From Eledone cirrhosa (Eukaryota), in NCBI GenBank assembly GCA_964016885.1, contig OZ024743.1:308264001-308328000 (forward strand): a stretch of DNA of 64,000 nucleotides, in the 5' to 3' direction. Under the pieces are notes generated by a model. The model worked only from the letters and a program-made list of their open reading frames with translations, searched no databases and was not told the origin of the DNA. Numbering within the stretch: position 1 is the stretch's first letter; each line of letters starts with the position of its first letter. Shown in pieces: positions 12,430 to 26,193 of the stretch. The translations under genes were made by a program, and so were the position numbers.

Positions 12430-12738
12430 GAGATTTCTTATCTGAAAACGTGTGTTGAAACAGATATTGTTATACTTTGGGAGGGTCATGTGGCCAATAA
12501 AAACACATGCACCTGTTTGTTTTCACTTCAATTTATTATAAATTTCTGGTTGGTTGGTTTGATAACCGGAAAGTTGTTTATATATTGTCAAAGCTCTTTC
12601 GTCACAAGGCAAATAGTGACCCAGACAGGACCACCAGCTATCGAACCAACCAACCAACTGGAAATTTATAATAAATTGAATTGAAAACGAACAGGTGCAT
12701 GTATTGGCAACATGACCCTCCCAAAGTATAACAATATA
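12430..12738. mobile_element. PLE-type fold-back with a decayed hammerhead in the loop
   Basis: Arms of ~105 bp at 12464-12570/12633-12738. The loop on the minus strand reads TGTC..GTCAC-N10-GTGAC GAAA GAGCTTTGACA. The right arm ends in (TA)n and the left arm carries an extra tail also seen at 1620-1660. Confidence 0.7.
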
Positions 12739-13344
12739 TATATATATATACACATATATATTCACACTGTAAAGTGGAGGTGTAAAGGACACAGCAAAAA
12801 GCACCCAGCCCACACTGACAATGTAGTTGGTGTTAGGAAGGGCATCCAGCCATAGAAAACCATCCAGAAACACCCTTATATGAGCGAGACATGGTCACCC
12901 AACCCAACTTGCCTCTAAATGGGACCCGTTTAACCCATGCTAGTGTTGAAGATGGATGTTAATCGATGTTGATGATGATGATGATGATGATAATGATGAT
13001 GATATACACATACACATATATGAATTTTTTAAATGTAAACAAACTCTTTGACTATGAATTGTCAAGCCGCTTGCTGAGATTTTATAATGAGATATTTACT
13101 TATGAATAATTAATTTTGTCCCAAAAAGGGACGAAACGTTTGTAAATCAACATTTAATGTAAAAACGTATTTGGTAATTACTTTAATGAATAATTTGCTT
13201 CATGCTTGTTTGAAAAGTCTTTCAAGGAAGTATGAAACATAGTCTTTTGTACTATTATAATAGATTAGTGTATTTTGTGCTGTTTTAACTTCTCCACCTA
13301 CCTCCTTCCAATTTTTATATTGTTTTTATATATTGTGAGTTTCT

Positions 13345-14626
13345 TGAAGACATCAACTGGATCACTGATGGCAGCTCATGGGTGGATGTTGTTTACATTG
13401 ACTTTGCTAAAGCTTTTAATTCTGTGCCACACAAAAGACTTATGGCAAAACTCTCCGCAATGGGTGTGAAGGATGATCTTTTTAATTGGTTGAAGTCCTT
13501 CATTCTCAGTCGAAGAGAGGTAATCACAGTTCTAGGACAGCATTCCTCACCATATGAGATGTCATCTGGTGTACCACAGGGATCTGTTCTTGGCCCCCTT
13601 TTGTTTGTGGCATATATTAATGACATAGATGCCAACTTAAAGAATGCCACAGTACTGAAATATGCAGATGACATCAAGCTGTACCTTGAGATAAAAAGGA
13701 CAGATCCTGAACACTATAGATCTTGCTTGCAGTCTGACCTGCACACAATGCAACAATGGATCACAGACTGGCAACTGAAGCTGGCTGTGGACAAGTGTAC
13801 CACCATGCATTTTGGGATTAAAAACCCAGCGTCTACATACTCCCTCCACAACACTAATATCAAGAAGTCTTCTTGTGAATGTGACCTGGGCATTACAGTC
13901 AGCAGCGATTTGCGTTGGACAAAGCATGTCTCTAAAATTGTCAAGAAGGCCGAAGGTTTCTTAGCATCACTCAGCAAGACCTTTGTCAGCCACTCTCTAG
14001 CTATCTATTTAAAGCTGTATATAGCTATGGTGCGGCCACACTTAGAATTTGCATCACCAGTCTGAAACCCCTATCTTGCTCAGAACATTGACCACCTGGA
14101 AACTGTTCAGAGACGTGCAACCAAGTGAATACCCTCCATCAAGCATCTACCATACTCTGAATGCCTTGCTTCCCTGGACATGGATACATTGAAGCTCCGC
14201 CGTCTGGAAACTGACTTGGTAAACACCCCAAAAATTATTAACCATCTTACCAACAACAACCCTGAGTACCTTTTTGATTTCCATGTCTAACACATGTGGG
14301 CATGCCTACAAAGTCAGAAAACAGTACAACTCCCATGACTTTCAGAAACATTTTTTCACGCTCAGAGTTGCTGAAGCATGGAACAAACTTCCTGCATCAG
14401 TTATTAGTTGTCGAGACACTGCATCCTTTAAAACCTCTATGCTTCCTGAGATTCGCCAACACTACACCTAATATTCCCCCTCCATACACACGCACACATC
14501 TATATCATGACTCATACACTATTCACTTCCCTGACATTTGTATATTATTCTATGTACTATACATGCACTTTTGATGAGTTGTAGTACACCTGAACACTGC
14601 ACACAATAATTTCATTATTATTATTA
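13345..14626 (+). mobile_element. 5'-truncated CR1-clade LINE
   Basis: DVVYIDFAKAF, SGVPQGSVLGPLLF, KYADDIKL, DLGI and VRPHLEFASPV motifs, internal stops, (ATT)n tail. Confidence 0.95.
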
Positions 14627-15054
14627 TATATATATATAAGCTTTCACACAGTTTCTGTCTATCAAATTCTGCTCACAAGGCATATTTAGTAAACCCAAGT
14701 CTACCTGAAATGACTGAAACAAGTAAAGTGAAATAATAAAAGAATTAAAGTTAAATATTTTACTTAGATAATAGAATGTATCTTTGGTCTCTATAATCTC
14801 CTTTAATGGAGAGAACATAAAATATATGATAACAATAATACATATTCATAGACATTGTATTATTGTGTAAAACTCTTTGTTTGTGATATGTGAACCAAGG
14901 TCAAGACTAGATCAGGTGTTCTTTTACTGTAATTGTTTTTTTATTATCATTTTTTAACTCTTAATTTTTTTTATACCAAACCACCTGAAACCAGCCTGGA
15001 TTTATTATACACAACTGATCATTTTAAAATGTTTACTCGTCTTCTGAGAGGGTT

Positions 15055-15270
15055 GTAGGGGAAGAGTCCATCTTCTTTGGGGTCTACCCCTGAGTCTCCT
15101 GCCGGTTGGTTTTTGCCCATAAAATCTGTCCAGCGATTTTTTTCCAAAGACATTCTAACCACGTGTCCATCATATCGGAGCTGTGATCTCTCAATTTGGA
15201 GAAGTAGCAGCTCCACCTGGAGTGACTCTCTGATCTCTGAACTACACACTCTATCAAATAACGTTGACCC
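15055..15270 (-). pseudogene. Rex3/Expander-like RTE C-terminal fragment
   Basis: IRESLQVELLLLQIERSQLRYDGHVVRM. Related pieces at 15820-15900 (+) and 56110-56270 (-). Confidence 0.75.
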
Positions 15271-15897
15271 TGATATTAAAATATTTCAACATAATTTATT
15301 TTAGAAATCTTTGTTAAGTATTGTTTTAAATGGTGGTATGGTATGGTCAGATAACACCCGAGGGAGTCATAGGGGTGCTGTAGTGGAACACAGCGTTTCT
15401 TGGGCATTTTTAAGCCTGGCAGAGCCCATCTTCTTTCCAGGTCTGACAGAATACGGCAGATTTCTTCCTAAGAAAAATAGGAAGTGAGAGAATGGAAGTA
15501 AAAAAGAGATATAGAGGAAGAATAGATCCCAGTACTAGACAAGTACATTTTTTTCTTATCACCCTTGAAAGGATGAAAGGCAAAGTTGATCTCAACAGGA
15601 TTTGAACTCAGAGAGTAGAGAGCTGGAGTGAATACCACAAAGCATTCTATCCAACATTCTCACCACTCTACTAATTCACCACCTTTGTTCTAAATAACAG
15701 CTTACTAATAACTAACTTAGTAATTTTATTGAATTCTTCTATTTTTTTTGTTACTTTCAAAATTAATTGAGCAGCTATTTTTCTGAATTGAGAGATCATA
15801 ACTCCATTAGAATATCTAAAGGGACAATCGCTGGATAGATTTTACAGGGAACACCAACTGGAAGGAGACCCAGGGGAAGACCCTGAGCAAGATGGCT

Positions 15898-15962
15898 GAA
15901 GAAGAAGAAGAAGAAGAAGAAGAAGAAGAAGAAGAAGAAGAAGAAGAAGAAGAAGAAGAAGA
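15898..15962. repeat. (GAA)n microsatellite
   Basis: Perfect GAA run. Confidence 0.97.
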
Positions 15963-16407
15963 TTTAAACACATAAGTAGTGTGTTTTACTAGTAATATGG
16001 TAAAGGAAGGCTTAACATCTTATAAAGATTTAGCAGAAAATATCTAAAAACAGGTTTATATATTCAAATGTTTGGAGTATCTTTCCTAGAGGGCAGATCA
16101 CTGAAAATTTTCAGTTTTACACTAAAGACTTTCATTTTTTTAATACTGTATTTTTTAAGAACATCTTACTAATGTGGTTTGATAAATCAAATATTTACAT
16201 TATCTTTACTTGACAAATTGTTGTCAAAATCTGGAGTAAACTATGGTAAAGACTTTAGTTAATATAGAGTCAAGATGCTGTATAACATAGCTTATAAAAT
16301 AGGGTGAAGACCCTTAAAAACTAACAAAGAAGTTGCCATTGGCTGCTTTTAGTTTTTAACGGGCTGAGACGATGGAAACTTCACAGTTTAACTATAAACA
16401 GCCCCAA

Positions 16408-16870
16408 GTATTAAAGATCAATATAATATTTTAAGTGTGTTATTAAAAATCAATATAACATTTTAAGGGTTAGTAAATATTAATTGTTTCTACATTGGAC
16501 ACAAGGCCAGCGATTACTCAGTACATTACTGGTACTTTATTTTATCGACCTCGTAAGGATGAAAGGCAAAGTTAACCTCGGCGGGATTTGAACTCAGATC
16601 GTAAAGGGACGTAACTATGCTGGAAAGCATGGCGTCCGACTCTCTACCTATACTGCCAATTCACGTAAATATTAATATAACATCTGAAGTGTATTATTAA
16701 AAATAAAGAAATCATTATTAAAAATCAATATAATATAATATCTTAAGTGTTATTAAAGATCAATATGATATTTTAAGTGTGTTATTAAAGACCAATATGA
16801 TATTTTAAGTGTGTTATTAAAGATCAAGATGATATTTTAAGTGTGTTATTAAAGTTCAATATGATATGTG
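16408..16870. repeat. 32-bp minisatellite interrupted by a SINE
   Basis: Unit TTATTAAAGATCAATATGATATTTTAAGTGTG. A SINE (16485-16664, minus) is flanked by the 12-bp TSD GTAAATATTAAT at 16473-16484 and 16665-16676. Confidence 0.85.
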
Positions 16871-17237
16871 TTATTTGCAAATGATATATGGTATGTTATG
16901 AACCCGTAACTCCTGGGGGAGTTTTAGGGGCACCTTATTGACATATGGTGTTTATTTTGGCATTTTTAAACCTGGCATGGGATATGGGTAAATATGTTGT
17001 GGTTTCTTAGTCAGGTTTTATTTATATATATATTGTTCAATTCGTAGAATAATGGGAAGAACTGAACTTGCATTGAGTTCTTAACATTATTCTACCAATT
17101 AAGTGTTATTAAAAGGCAAAGTGTTATTAAAGTGTTATTAAAGTGTTATTAAAAAAATGAAAGTCTTTAGTGTAAAACTGAAAATTTTCAGTGATCTGCC
17201 CTCTAGGAAAGATACTCCATTATTCTACCAATTAACC

Positions 17238-17425
17238 TAGGGCGGTGGATTGGCAGTCTCGGTAGAGGGTCGGACGCCATGCTTTCCAGCATAGTTACGT
17301 CCCTTTACGATCTGAGTTCAAATTCCGCCGAGGTTGACTTTGCCTTTCATCCTTACTGGGTCGATAAAATAAAGTACCAGTAATGCACTGGTTGATTGCT
17401 GGCCTTGTGCCTAAAGTAGAAACAA
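17238..17425 (+). mobile_element. tRNA-derived SINE with a Meta-domain-like core
   Basis: A box TGGCAGTCTCGG, B box GAGTTCAAATTCC, core GACTTTGCCTTTCATCC...GGTCGATAAAATAAAGTACCAG. Copies at ~7330-7490, 15530-15680, 16485-16664, 17780-17920, 36080-36297, 37752-38000 and 44070-44270. Confidence 0.85.
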
Positions 17426-18109
17426 TTATTCTACCAATTCTAAATACACTTTCGCTTCAAACTCTATATTCGAGATAACTTTGTTTATGTTGTTCAATGT
17501 ATTTTTAGCTGGTCAAACGACTTTGACGTTATAGCGTAACTTTAAAATCAATTAGAGCGACAATGCAAGGGAAAGAATTGCTGCAGTCCTGCTGTACGTT
17601 TCAAGATTTACTTCCCTTTAACTGTTAAACTTAGTTAATTCAAGTAATTTTTTATTCAAGTTGTTTCCTCTTCATTGTATTTAAAATTACACTATTTCTA
17701 CACATCCGAGCTTGATTTTCAATATTACCGCTGTTTATACATTAATAATCTGCCTACTGATTTATGTATTCATGGAATAAGTTTCTACTTTTGGCACAAG
17801 GCCAGCAATTATCTCAGTGCATTACTGGTACTTTATTTTATTTTATCGACCCGTAAGGCAGTTAACCTCAGCGGGATTTGAACTCAGACCGTAAAGGGCC
17901 ACAACTCCATGCTGAAAAGTATTGCTTTAACCTAATTTCGATAGCCTTTTAGTTTAATGGTTTCAGGACACCGACGAATGCGAGAAAGTTCTCCAGGAAT
18001 CTTTAAAAAATCTTCCCACCGAAGTTAACAAAGAACTTACTAGATCTTCAAAACCAAATTGCAAAATTATAATATTATAAGAATAAATCAAATTGTTTAG
18101 AACTACAAG

Positions 18110-18370
18110 TGAAGTCATTCTTTTCCTTTTTTCAAATATACCTAACTGTACCAAGGATTTCACACATTTTCCAATCGTTTTGCCGAGCATTTGAGGGACA
18201 TATAACTCGGTTTGGATACTCCTGTCGCCCGTCATTTCTGTGCTCCTGGTCATTCTTCCCTACATGTTTCAGTCCTGGGTGTCCTTTTACATCATGGATC
18301 ACAGGCCTCATGCACCAGGACTGAACAAAGTCTGATTCACCGCCTTGGGTCAACTCACCTCCTCAATTTC
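18110..18370 (+). pseudogene. Penelope-like GIY-YIG endonuclease C-terminal remnant (Neptune-like)
   Basis: RFAEHLRDI...DTPVARHFCAPGHS...EQSLIHRLGST matches the pattern RF.EH...PVA.HF...HS...E..LI..LGT. Confidence 0.75.
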
Positions 18371-18649
18371 TCTAATACCCCGTCCATTATCACACCCCTA
18401 GATTCCTATCGCTTTCTCTTGATCATTAACATCTTCTCTTACAACTAATGCAGGCCGACTGTATATGCTCATTCCACTTTTCCCTTCACTGCTCTGTATA
18501 CACACATACACACCATTATATTAACATACTTATAGAAAGGATGAGGAGTTAACTATTACCTATATCTTTTTATAACTGCAAGTTGAAATCTTCTAAAGTT
18601 CTTGTTTTTTTACAAACGATAATAAGAGAAATACCTTAGTCGGTGAGTT

Positions 18650-20575
18650 GGTTGACTTCCAGGATATAAATAAATATCTCTTTAACGCTCAATCCTCTAT
18701 AAATATAATTTTTATTGTCAAAAAGAATATAGTAGGAGTCATTCTGTAATAATTCTTCACACTTCCGTAGTCATCTCCTCGTCTCCCGTGTACTGTGGTT
18801 TTTACTCGAGAGTGACATTGTATTCATACGCAATTTACCATTGGTCTGTTTAACCTTATTGCATCTGAAAATGTTGCTATTGCGAGGTACGACGTAGTTC
18901 CACTACATCACCCTCTGCTTAGACTGGAAAGCAGCCGATAAAAATGAGGAGAAAATGTCTGCAAAGGTAACATAAGTCATGCAAAGCAAATACAAAAATG
19001 AAGAAAAAAGAGAAAAAAAAAGAATAGTTCATATGTAAATTGTTTTACAAAGTTTCTTGGGCCAATGAACATGATGACCACTACGAGTTGTGATGTATGT
19101 TGAAGGTAAAAGAGTGATTGTATGTGATTGTGGTGCTTGCGGTGGTGTTTGTATTGACACATTGTAGGAGGGGGGAGTATGAGGCTCTGGTGTGAGAGCA
19201 TCTGTGTAGGCCCACTTTAGTCTGCCAATAGAGACTGTGTCTTTATGTCCATTAAAGTCAATGGTGAAATGTTTGTTTGTACGTGCAAGTACGCGATAGG
19301 GTCCAGAATAAGGTGGAGTGAGAGGACTTCTCATTGCGTCATTTCTGACAAAAACATGGGTCCTCGAGGCAATGTCCCTAGGAACTGAAGATTTAATGGC
19401 TTGTTGCCTAGTGTTCATAGGAGGCAGGACTTGAAAATACGAACGCAAACGGGTCACATAGAGTGTAGGATCCTGAGTAGAAAGGTCAACTGAGGCAAGC
19501 ATCTGCCCTGGCAAAGATAAAGTAGTGCCGTACAAAAGCTCGGCTGGAGAGAATTCAAGGTCCTCTTTAATTGAAGTGCGGATACCGAGTAGTACTATGG
19601 GGAGGTAGTCGCTCCAATGTAGAATATCCGGATAGATACGCAATGCAGCCTTTAACTGGTGATGAAAACGCTCTACCATTCCATTAGATGCAGGATGGTA
19701 ACTGGTAGTCATAATGTGTTGAGCGCCGATGATATTTGATAGATCCGTGAAAATTTGAGATTCGAACTGCCTACCACGGTCTGTAGTAATAGTGGTAGGA
19801 ACTCCATAGCGCAATATCCATCCTGAAACCAGGGCTAACGCTACTGATTCAGTAGTTATGTCACTAAGAGAGATGGCTTCAGGCCATCAGGTGAAAGAGT
19901 CAATGCAGGTCAGGATGTATGAACATCTACGACTGGCAGGCCAAGATCCCACGATATCGATATGTCTGTGGCAAAAACGTGCGTCAGGTGTGCTAAATGT
20001 GCCGAGAGGTGCGCGAATATGTTTATGCACCTTCGACTTCTGACGAGACAAACAGGAACGTGACCAAGCAGTGATATCACGTTTCATATTCGTCCAGAAG
20101 AATCTAGCTGAAATGAGTTTCACTGTGGCGGAAATTCGAGGGTGTGCCAGACTGTGTAGAGAGTCGAAAACCATTCGACGATGAGTCTCTGGGACCAGAG
20201 GGCGAGGTGAATTTGTTGTAGCAGGTTGCTAATTCGGGTGAAGAGAGATCCAACGACTCTAGGGTGGGCTGTTCTGCAGCCATAAGATGCAAGTCCATAT
20301 TCGCAGGTGCTGACAAAGAATTGATGGGTAGGCGAGATAAGGCATCCGCCGCTGTATTTTGTTCACCAGGTATATGACGAATGTCATTCGTAAATTGGGA
20401 TATGAAGTCCAAATGACGAGTTTCTCGAGGTGAGTGTTTGTCCTAATTGGAACTAAATGCGAGCGTAAGTGGACGATGGTCAGTATAGATCGTAAATTGT
20501 CGGCCTTCCAGTGAATGCCGAAAGTTTTTGACATCAAGGAAAATGGCTAACAGTTCGCAGCCGAAGGTGCTATAG
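18650..20575 (-). mobile_element. 3' half of a Ty3/Gypsy LTR retrotransposon (RNase H end, integrase, PPT, 3' LTR)
   Basis: FTIYTDHRPL, HIPGEQNTAADALSR, HHCC region LHSLAHP...W, TDRGRQFES, YHPASNGMVERFH and PYSGPYRVL. Purine tract AGAGGGTGA precedes the LTR start TGTAGTGG at 18907. The distal LTR end is uncertain. Confidence 0.9.
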
Positions 20576-20899
20576 ACTGTACGTGCACCTTTGATGAGTT
20601 GTAGTGCACCTGAGCACTATACACAATAATTTTCATTATTATTATTATTATTTCATATTCTCCTGTTCTCAAGTATTTATTTATTTTTTATATCCTTAAA
20701 TTCAAAGATGAAAACAGAAATTTTATTCAAATTAAACTCATAAAGTTAGCTTAAAAACCATTGATAATTACATAGATATGAATAGGAAAGACAAAAACAA
20801 AATAAAATAATGAGAAAAAGGGTAAGAGGTAAAGAAGGGTAGAGGAATTGATTATAAATGCCATAAATGAGAGAAAAAGGAGGGAAAAAACAAGGACTC

Positions 20900-21180
20900 T
20901 TCGGCCACAAAAGAAAGGGAGGAGGAAGGGGAGAGGGTGATGGGCTTTGGACCTAGGACGGAGCAGTGTTTGGGCGCTGTGAGGACAAAGCTGCAAAGGC
21001 ATTTCCATGGACAATGGCCAGTGATACCCGCTGCAACAGCCACCCCACCTCACAGGGCTCTTTCCTCAGATGGGCTGCTGATGTATCAATTTTACAGAGC
21101 AGCGCAGCAGTATGGGGTCCAAGGACGCCTGAGGTTTCGATGGTGACCAGTGCAAAGAGGAAACAGCTGGTCAAGCCCTG
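20900..21180 (-). mobile_element. C-terminal fragment of a CRE-like RLE non-LTR retrotransposon
   Basis: IETSGVLGP...EPCEVGWLLQRVSLAIVHGNA fits the ET.G..G...L.QR.SLA..RGNA signature. Confidence 0.75.
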
Positions 21181-21437
21181 GAATTTATTTCTCTTAAATT
21201 AAGAAACAACAATAACAAGTGTTTATAATCATTTCTCCTTGCAGACCCCATGACAAGCTTTAAAACCATCACAGTCTTTTTAAGGCACTGTTTTACAGAT
21301 GGATGCCCTTCCTGGTGCCAACACTTTTTGTTGCCTCCTGTGATACACAGGAATACAGTGTACCTAGTACCTATTCTAAACTGGATACTTAAGCATTACA
21401 TAAATTTCATCTCTATTTTCCATAATAGAGAAAATAA

Positions 21438-21970
21438 TAATTGTTTCTACTTTAGGCACAAGGCCAGCAATTTGAAGGGGAGGGGTAAGTCGATTAAATC
21501 TACCCCAGTGCGTTACTGGTACTTTATTTTATCGATTCCCGTAAGGATGAAAGGCTAACCTAAGCAAGAATTGAACTAAGAACATAAAGGGATGTAACTC
21601 TATGCTGTGAAGCATGGTGTCCGACACTCTACTGATACTGCCAATCCACCGACCTTAATAATAATAATAATTGTTTCTACTTTTGGCACAAGGCCAGCAA
21701 TTACCCAGTACATTACTGGTACTTTATTTTATCAACCCCGTAAGGATGAAAGGCAAAGTTAACCTCGGCGGGATTTGAACTCAGAATGGCATGGGCTGTA
21801 ACTCTATGTGCCAAAGCATGGCGTTCGACCCTCTACCGATACTGCCAATCCTCCCTATTATTATAATAATAATTGTTTCTACTTTTGGCACAAGGCCAGC
21901 AATTACCCAGTTGATTACTGGTACTTTATTTTATCGACCCGGTAAGGATGAAAGGCAAAGTTAACCTCGA
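21438..21970 (-). mobile_element. Three tandem SINE copies, each inserted in the (TTA)n tail context of the next
   Basis: AATTGTTTCTACTTT(A/T)GGCACAAGGCCAGCAATT recurs at ~21439, 21669 and 21871. Confidence 0.88.
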
Positions 21971-21984
21971 CAATAATAATGATT

Positions 21985-23720
21985 CTTTATTCACCACAAG
22001 GGTTAACATTAAGAAAAACATTAGGATAGTACAGGAGGAAAATATAGAATATGTGTGCAGATATGTTGGTGTGCAGGTTTTGCATGTAAATAGATTTAAC
22101 AATAGTGAAAAAGAAAGGTAATATTATAAATTAAACAAAGGAGATTTCTCAATAGGGTGGAGATGCTTGATGGCTGCTCGTAGAAAAAAATCCCATAAAA
22201 CTATGGCTATCCTGATCTCTAGGGCAAGTGACCTGTCCCAGCTGTCCTCCCCCAATCTACAGGCGCATAATTAGAGCAGGCTTATTCATTCCAGCCTTGT
22301 TCACCTTTCTCACCTACCTTACAACAAACTGTTTAGAAGGCAGCATTTCCCTCTCTACTCTGATTTTTCTCTTCAAGTGAAACCTGAAAAAGTTAATCAG
22401 GGCTTCACTGAAGAGGAAAGTGCTGGTCTCCAACCCTTTCAAATGTGTCCACCATACAAACTCTTTCCCCACGGCCACCAGACAGATATAAACAACCTGC
22501 TCTTCCTGACTAAAGGAAGGCGGCAGGGCGTTCTCCACAATGGACTTAGCTGATAGCCGGATTCATCCTACATGCAACAGCAGGTGTTCGACATAAACCA
22601 ACAGATCAGAAATGCTCAAACACTGGACAAGTGCATGCAGGACGGTTTCGTTGTTCTGCACAAATCTTGGACAGGCCTGGCTGATGGCACTCGCAAAGCT
22701 CCCTGGTAGCATTACCAGGCCAGGGATTTCTGGAAATTGTCCATGGGTCCTAGACCAAAAGACCTCCTGAAAAGAATGATGATTTTCGTCAATGCCCAGA
22801 GTTTCCCCAAGAATATTGTTGCTTTTATGTCCCTAACCCTCTATAGAATGTCACTAACCCTCTACATGATTGCTTGAGGGCTGTTAGCACTTGAAGACAT
22901 TTCAGTTTCCAAGCACTTCTGCTCAGTCTTTGCTTGATCCAGGACGGTAGTTCTGTTAGGGAGACAAGCTGGGGGAATGTGTTTGGTGAACAGCAACCAC
23001 ACCTGTTCACGATTAAGGAAAAGATGGAGATGTTGTAGCCTCAACGCATGTTTGTGCATCATCAGTCACAGCAATTTCCAGTCCTCCATGCTGCAGGTGT
23101 TGACAGCAGATGGGCCACCTGACCATCGGAACATGTCTCTTCCATAAGAAGCGAAAGAGAAAACGCTCTAGTGCAGTCAGACAAGGTTTAGGACAAGGCA
23201 TGACAGTCATTGATAGTATATGGTGGATGTGATGTATGCATTTGCTACCTTTGTTCAACCTTTCAGAGATGGCTTTCTCTCAACACATTGCTGAGTAAGA
23301 TTAGCCACTCTGTTCGTCACCTCATCCCAGTTTTTGTCCATCTGGAGCTCCGAACTGAACCAGACCAGCAAAATTTAACTGGTCTGACTATCTAGCACCT
23401 GATGACGCTATCAGATGGCATGGACCTGAATCTCCAGGTGCCGAGCTGCAAGCCCACTGACTTTTCCTGGTTAATTTTCTCTCCTGTCAGATTATCTCAA
23501 TTTGTTTGATGTTTGACATTACTATGTGACATTGTCAACATAAACGGACACAGATCTCCCAAGTCCTAGTTCACATGGGATGCCCCTCAAAGTCTTTAAT
23601 TTGTGCAGTAGTGGCTTGAGAGTCAATACCTACAAGAATGAGAGGGGACAACTTTGGTGGACTGAATGCATGATGTCGAATGGATCTGAGAGATGACCGT
23701 TCACTCTAACCACCGAGCAG
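21985..23720 (-). mobile_element. Decayed Tx1/L1-clade LINE 3' portion
   Basis: LERFLFRFLWKRHVPMV...GGL and a CPR...ETVLHALVQC zinc knuckle, with many frameshifts. Confidence 0.8.
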
Positions 23721-25974
23721 TTGTCGTTGTGCATATTTTGTATCAAGTTTTCCATGCTTGCATGGGTTATACAGATCCTCTCTTTTAAAGTGTCTCTCTA
23801 CTTGCTGTTAGGTCATCCTTGGTCTTACTCTACTACAACTTCTTAAAACTTGCTGCATTTCTTTCTCATCCGGTTAACCCTGAGATCAGCTTCCACCATT
23901 TAAGCCCTACTTTAGCAGAAATGTTTAGCAATTCAGCAACTATCCCTGATGGTCTGACTTTTCTTTACCTTCATATCCTTAATGGTCATTTCAACTGTAT
24001 AACTTCAATAATTTATCCCTCTGTTAAGTCTACTGAAAGTAATCCCTCTTCTTACATATTTTCAACATTTAGCAAGTTCTTATAACTTTTCCAAGCTTCT
24101 TTCTTCTGAACATCAATGAAAGTAAGTGTGCTGTTGTCATTCTGAACACAATTTTTCCTAAAATCTTGATTCAAAGTGGAATTTTTTCATAGAATCCATT
24201 GTGGGAAACACCTCCTTCTCATGTGTTAGATCTACTGTCATAGTTATATCTATTTAATATCTAAATTTTATTATTGCTCTGGTTGTTATTCTTTTATTGG
24301 TTTCAGTCATTAGACTGCTGCCATGCTGGGACACTGTTTTGAAGGAATTTTGTTGATCATATTGACCCCAGTACTTATTTTTTCATGTTTGGTACTTATT
24401 TCATCGTCTCTTTCTGTTGAACTGTTGCTTAATTACAGGACTTAAACACAGGCATATCCACAGGGAACACACACACATATGACTAGCCTTTGCAGTGTTC
24501 ATCTACCAAATTCCATTTGTAAGGCACTGGTCAACTCAAGGCTATAGTAGAAGGTACTTGCACCAGGTGCCACACAGTAGGATTGAAACTGAAACTGTAT
24601 GGTTACAATAGAAATTCGTTAACCACACAGTCAGACCTAAATCATATTAAAACTACTTTAATTTTTTTCATATCTTCCCAAAATATTGCTTCTATTTTGA
24701 TATTTTTCAAAGTTTTCCTATTTTTGATAATTTGTTTTTTACTATTTGATAATTTCATTTTATTTATCTGATAATTTAGTTTTTTATTTGATAATCTATA
24801 ATTTTATTTGACTTTTTTTGTTTGATAATTCATTGTTTTGTATTTGATAAAATAATCTTTTCTATTTGATAATTTCAATTTAATAATTTAATATTTTTCT
24901 TTGTGATAATTTATTTTTTCTATTTGATAATTTATAATGCTCTTAAACAGTATTTTATGTTATTGCGAAGTAAGGAGGGACAGCAGGAGGAGTGTGGTCC
25001 CCATGACCCTTTTCAGGGTCACCATGACTGGGGCGGGTAGGAAGGTATCTGCAAACTGGATATTTAGCTTGAATGCTTGCAACAGAATGGACCCTCCCAA
25101 CAGTACTCAAGGGCTGGGTGGTTGTTTTAAACTAGATGACAGCTTAAGTTTACTGCCCAAATAGGCTATGGTGGGATTGGAACTCATAATGTAAAGAGCT
25201 GGAACAAATACCACAAGACATCCTATCTAATGCTCTAATGATTCTGCCCTTGACTTATCAACTCTAGAAAGATAAAAGACAAAGTTGATTTTGAACTCAT
25301 GACTGATTTATAATTATTTTCTGAACTTCAATTTCTGGCACATGAAATTATCCAACCATTAAAAATTATGCTGGTTGTTGTTATTGTTGTTTAGCCCTAG
25401 GTTTCCCCTAAGCAGACGTCTTATCAAAGACATTCCATTCTGGTCTTTTTTTTTTGTTTTTTATCTAGAATACAATCTCCACTATGCTAGGGAGTGATTT
25501 TAGAGAGATGAACTGCTATTTCTAGTAAATGTATCTATCAAATAGTGCAAGGATCAGTGGATTTATTATGACCTAAGTTTGACTTTTGATTTTTGTTTTG
25601 CCCATAGGCCACATATATATTATAGCTGCATGTGGCGCTGTTAAGTCAGACATGGCTTGCATTAATACTGGCTAAAACCTACATTTTTCTTGATATCATC
25701 AATATCATAAGTCTGCTTTCCATGCTTACATGGGCTGGATAAGTTGTCATGTTCAAAGACTAGACCAGTGGTTCCCAAACTTTTTTTACTCATGATGCAT
25801 TTAACAACCTCAGTCACATATCAACCACGCTATGCCAGATCATCATTACCTCTCATTAATTGAGCCTGCCAGTTTTTTCTCTGTATGCAAATGAGCTTCA
25901 TCAGCTCATGTTCATAAGCATAAATACTATAAGCCTTTAGCTTATTTTCATCTTAGTATCTAAGCAGAGTTAGC

Positions 25975-26016
25975 CCCTCTGAAGATGGTTAAATAAGCAG
26001 AAAAAGGCCATTAGGG
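25975..26016 (+). ncRNA. Decayed type I hammerhead motif
   Basis: CCCT CTGAAGA TGGTT-AAAT-AAGCA GAAA AAGGCCATT AGGG, with stem I CCCT/AGGG. Confidence 0.55.
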
Positions 26017-26193
26017 TACTCTATATTGGTTGCTAAAGACCAATTTTGAAATTCACCACTTGTAAAATTCAGAGCAAGGCTATAAAAATGTTTATTTATA
26101 TGAACAGTTCATATATGATTCAATATACAACCCCCCAATGACATATAAATCATATCAATGATGCTATGTCAGAGCATCACTACCTCTCATATA

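Noticed and set aside
14565-14600. TTGATGAG in CR1 tails as a hammerhead core
   Set aside because: No stem II or GAAA follows. It is the ordinary CR1 3' hairpin region.
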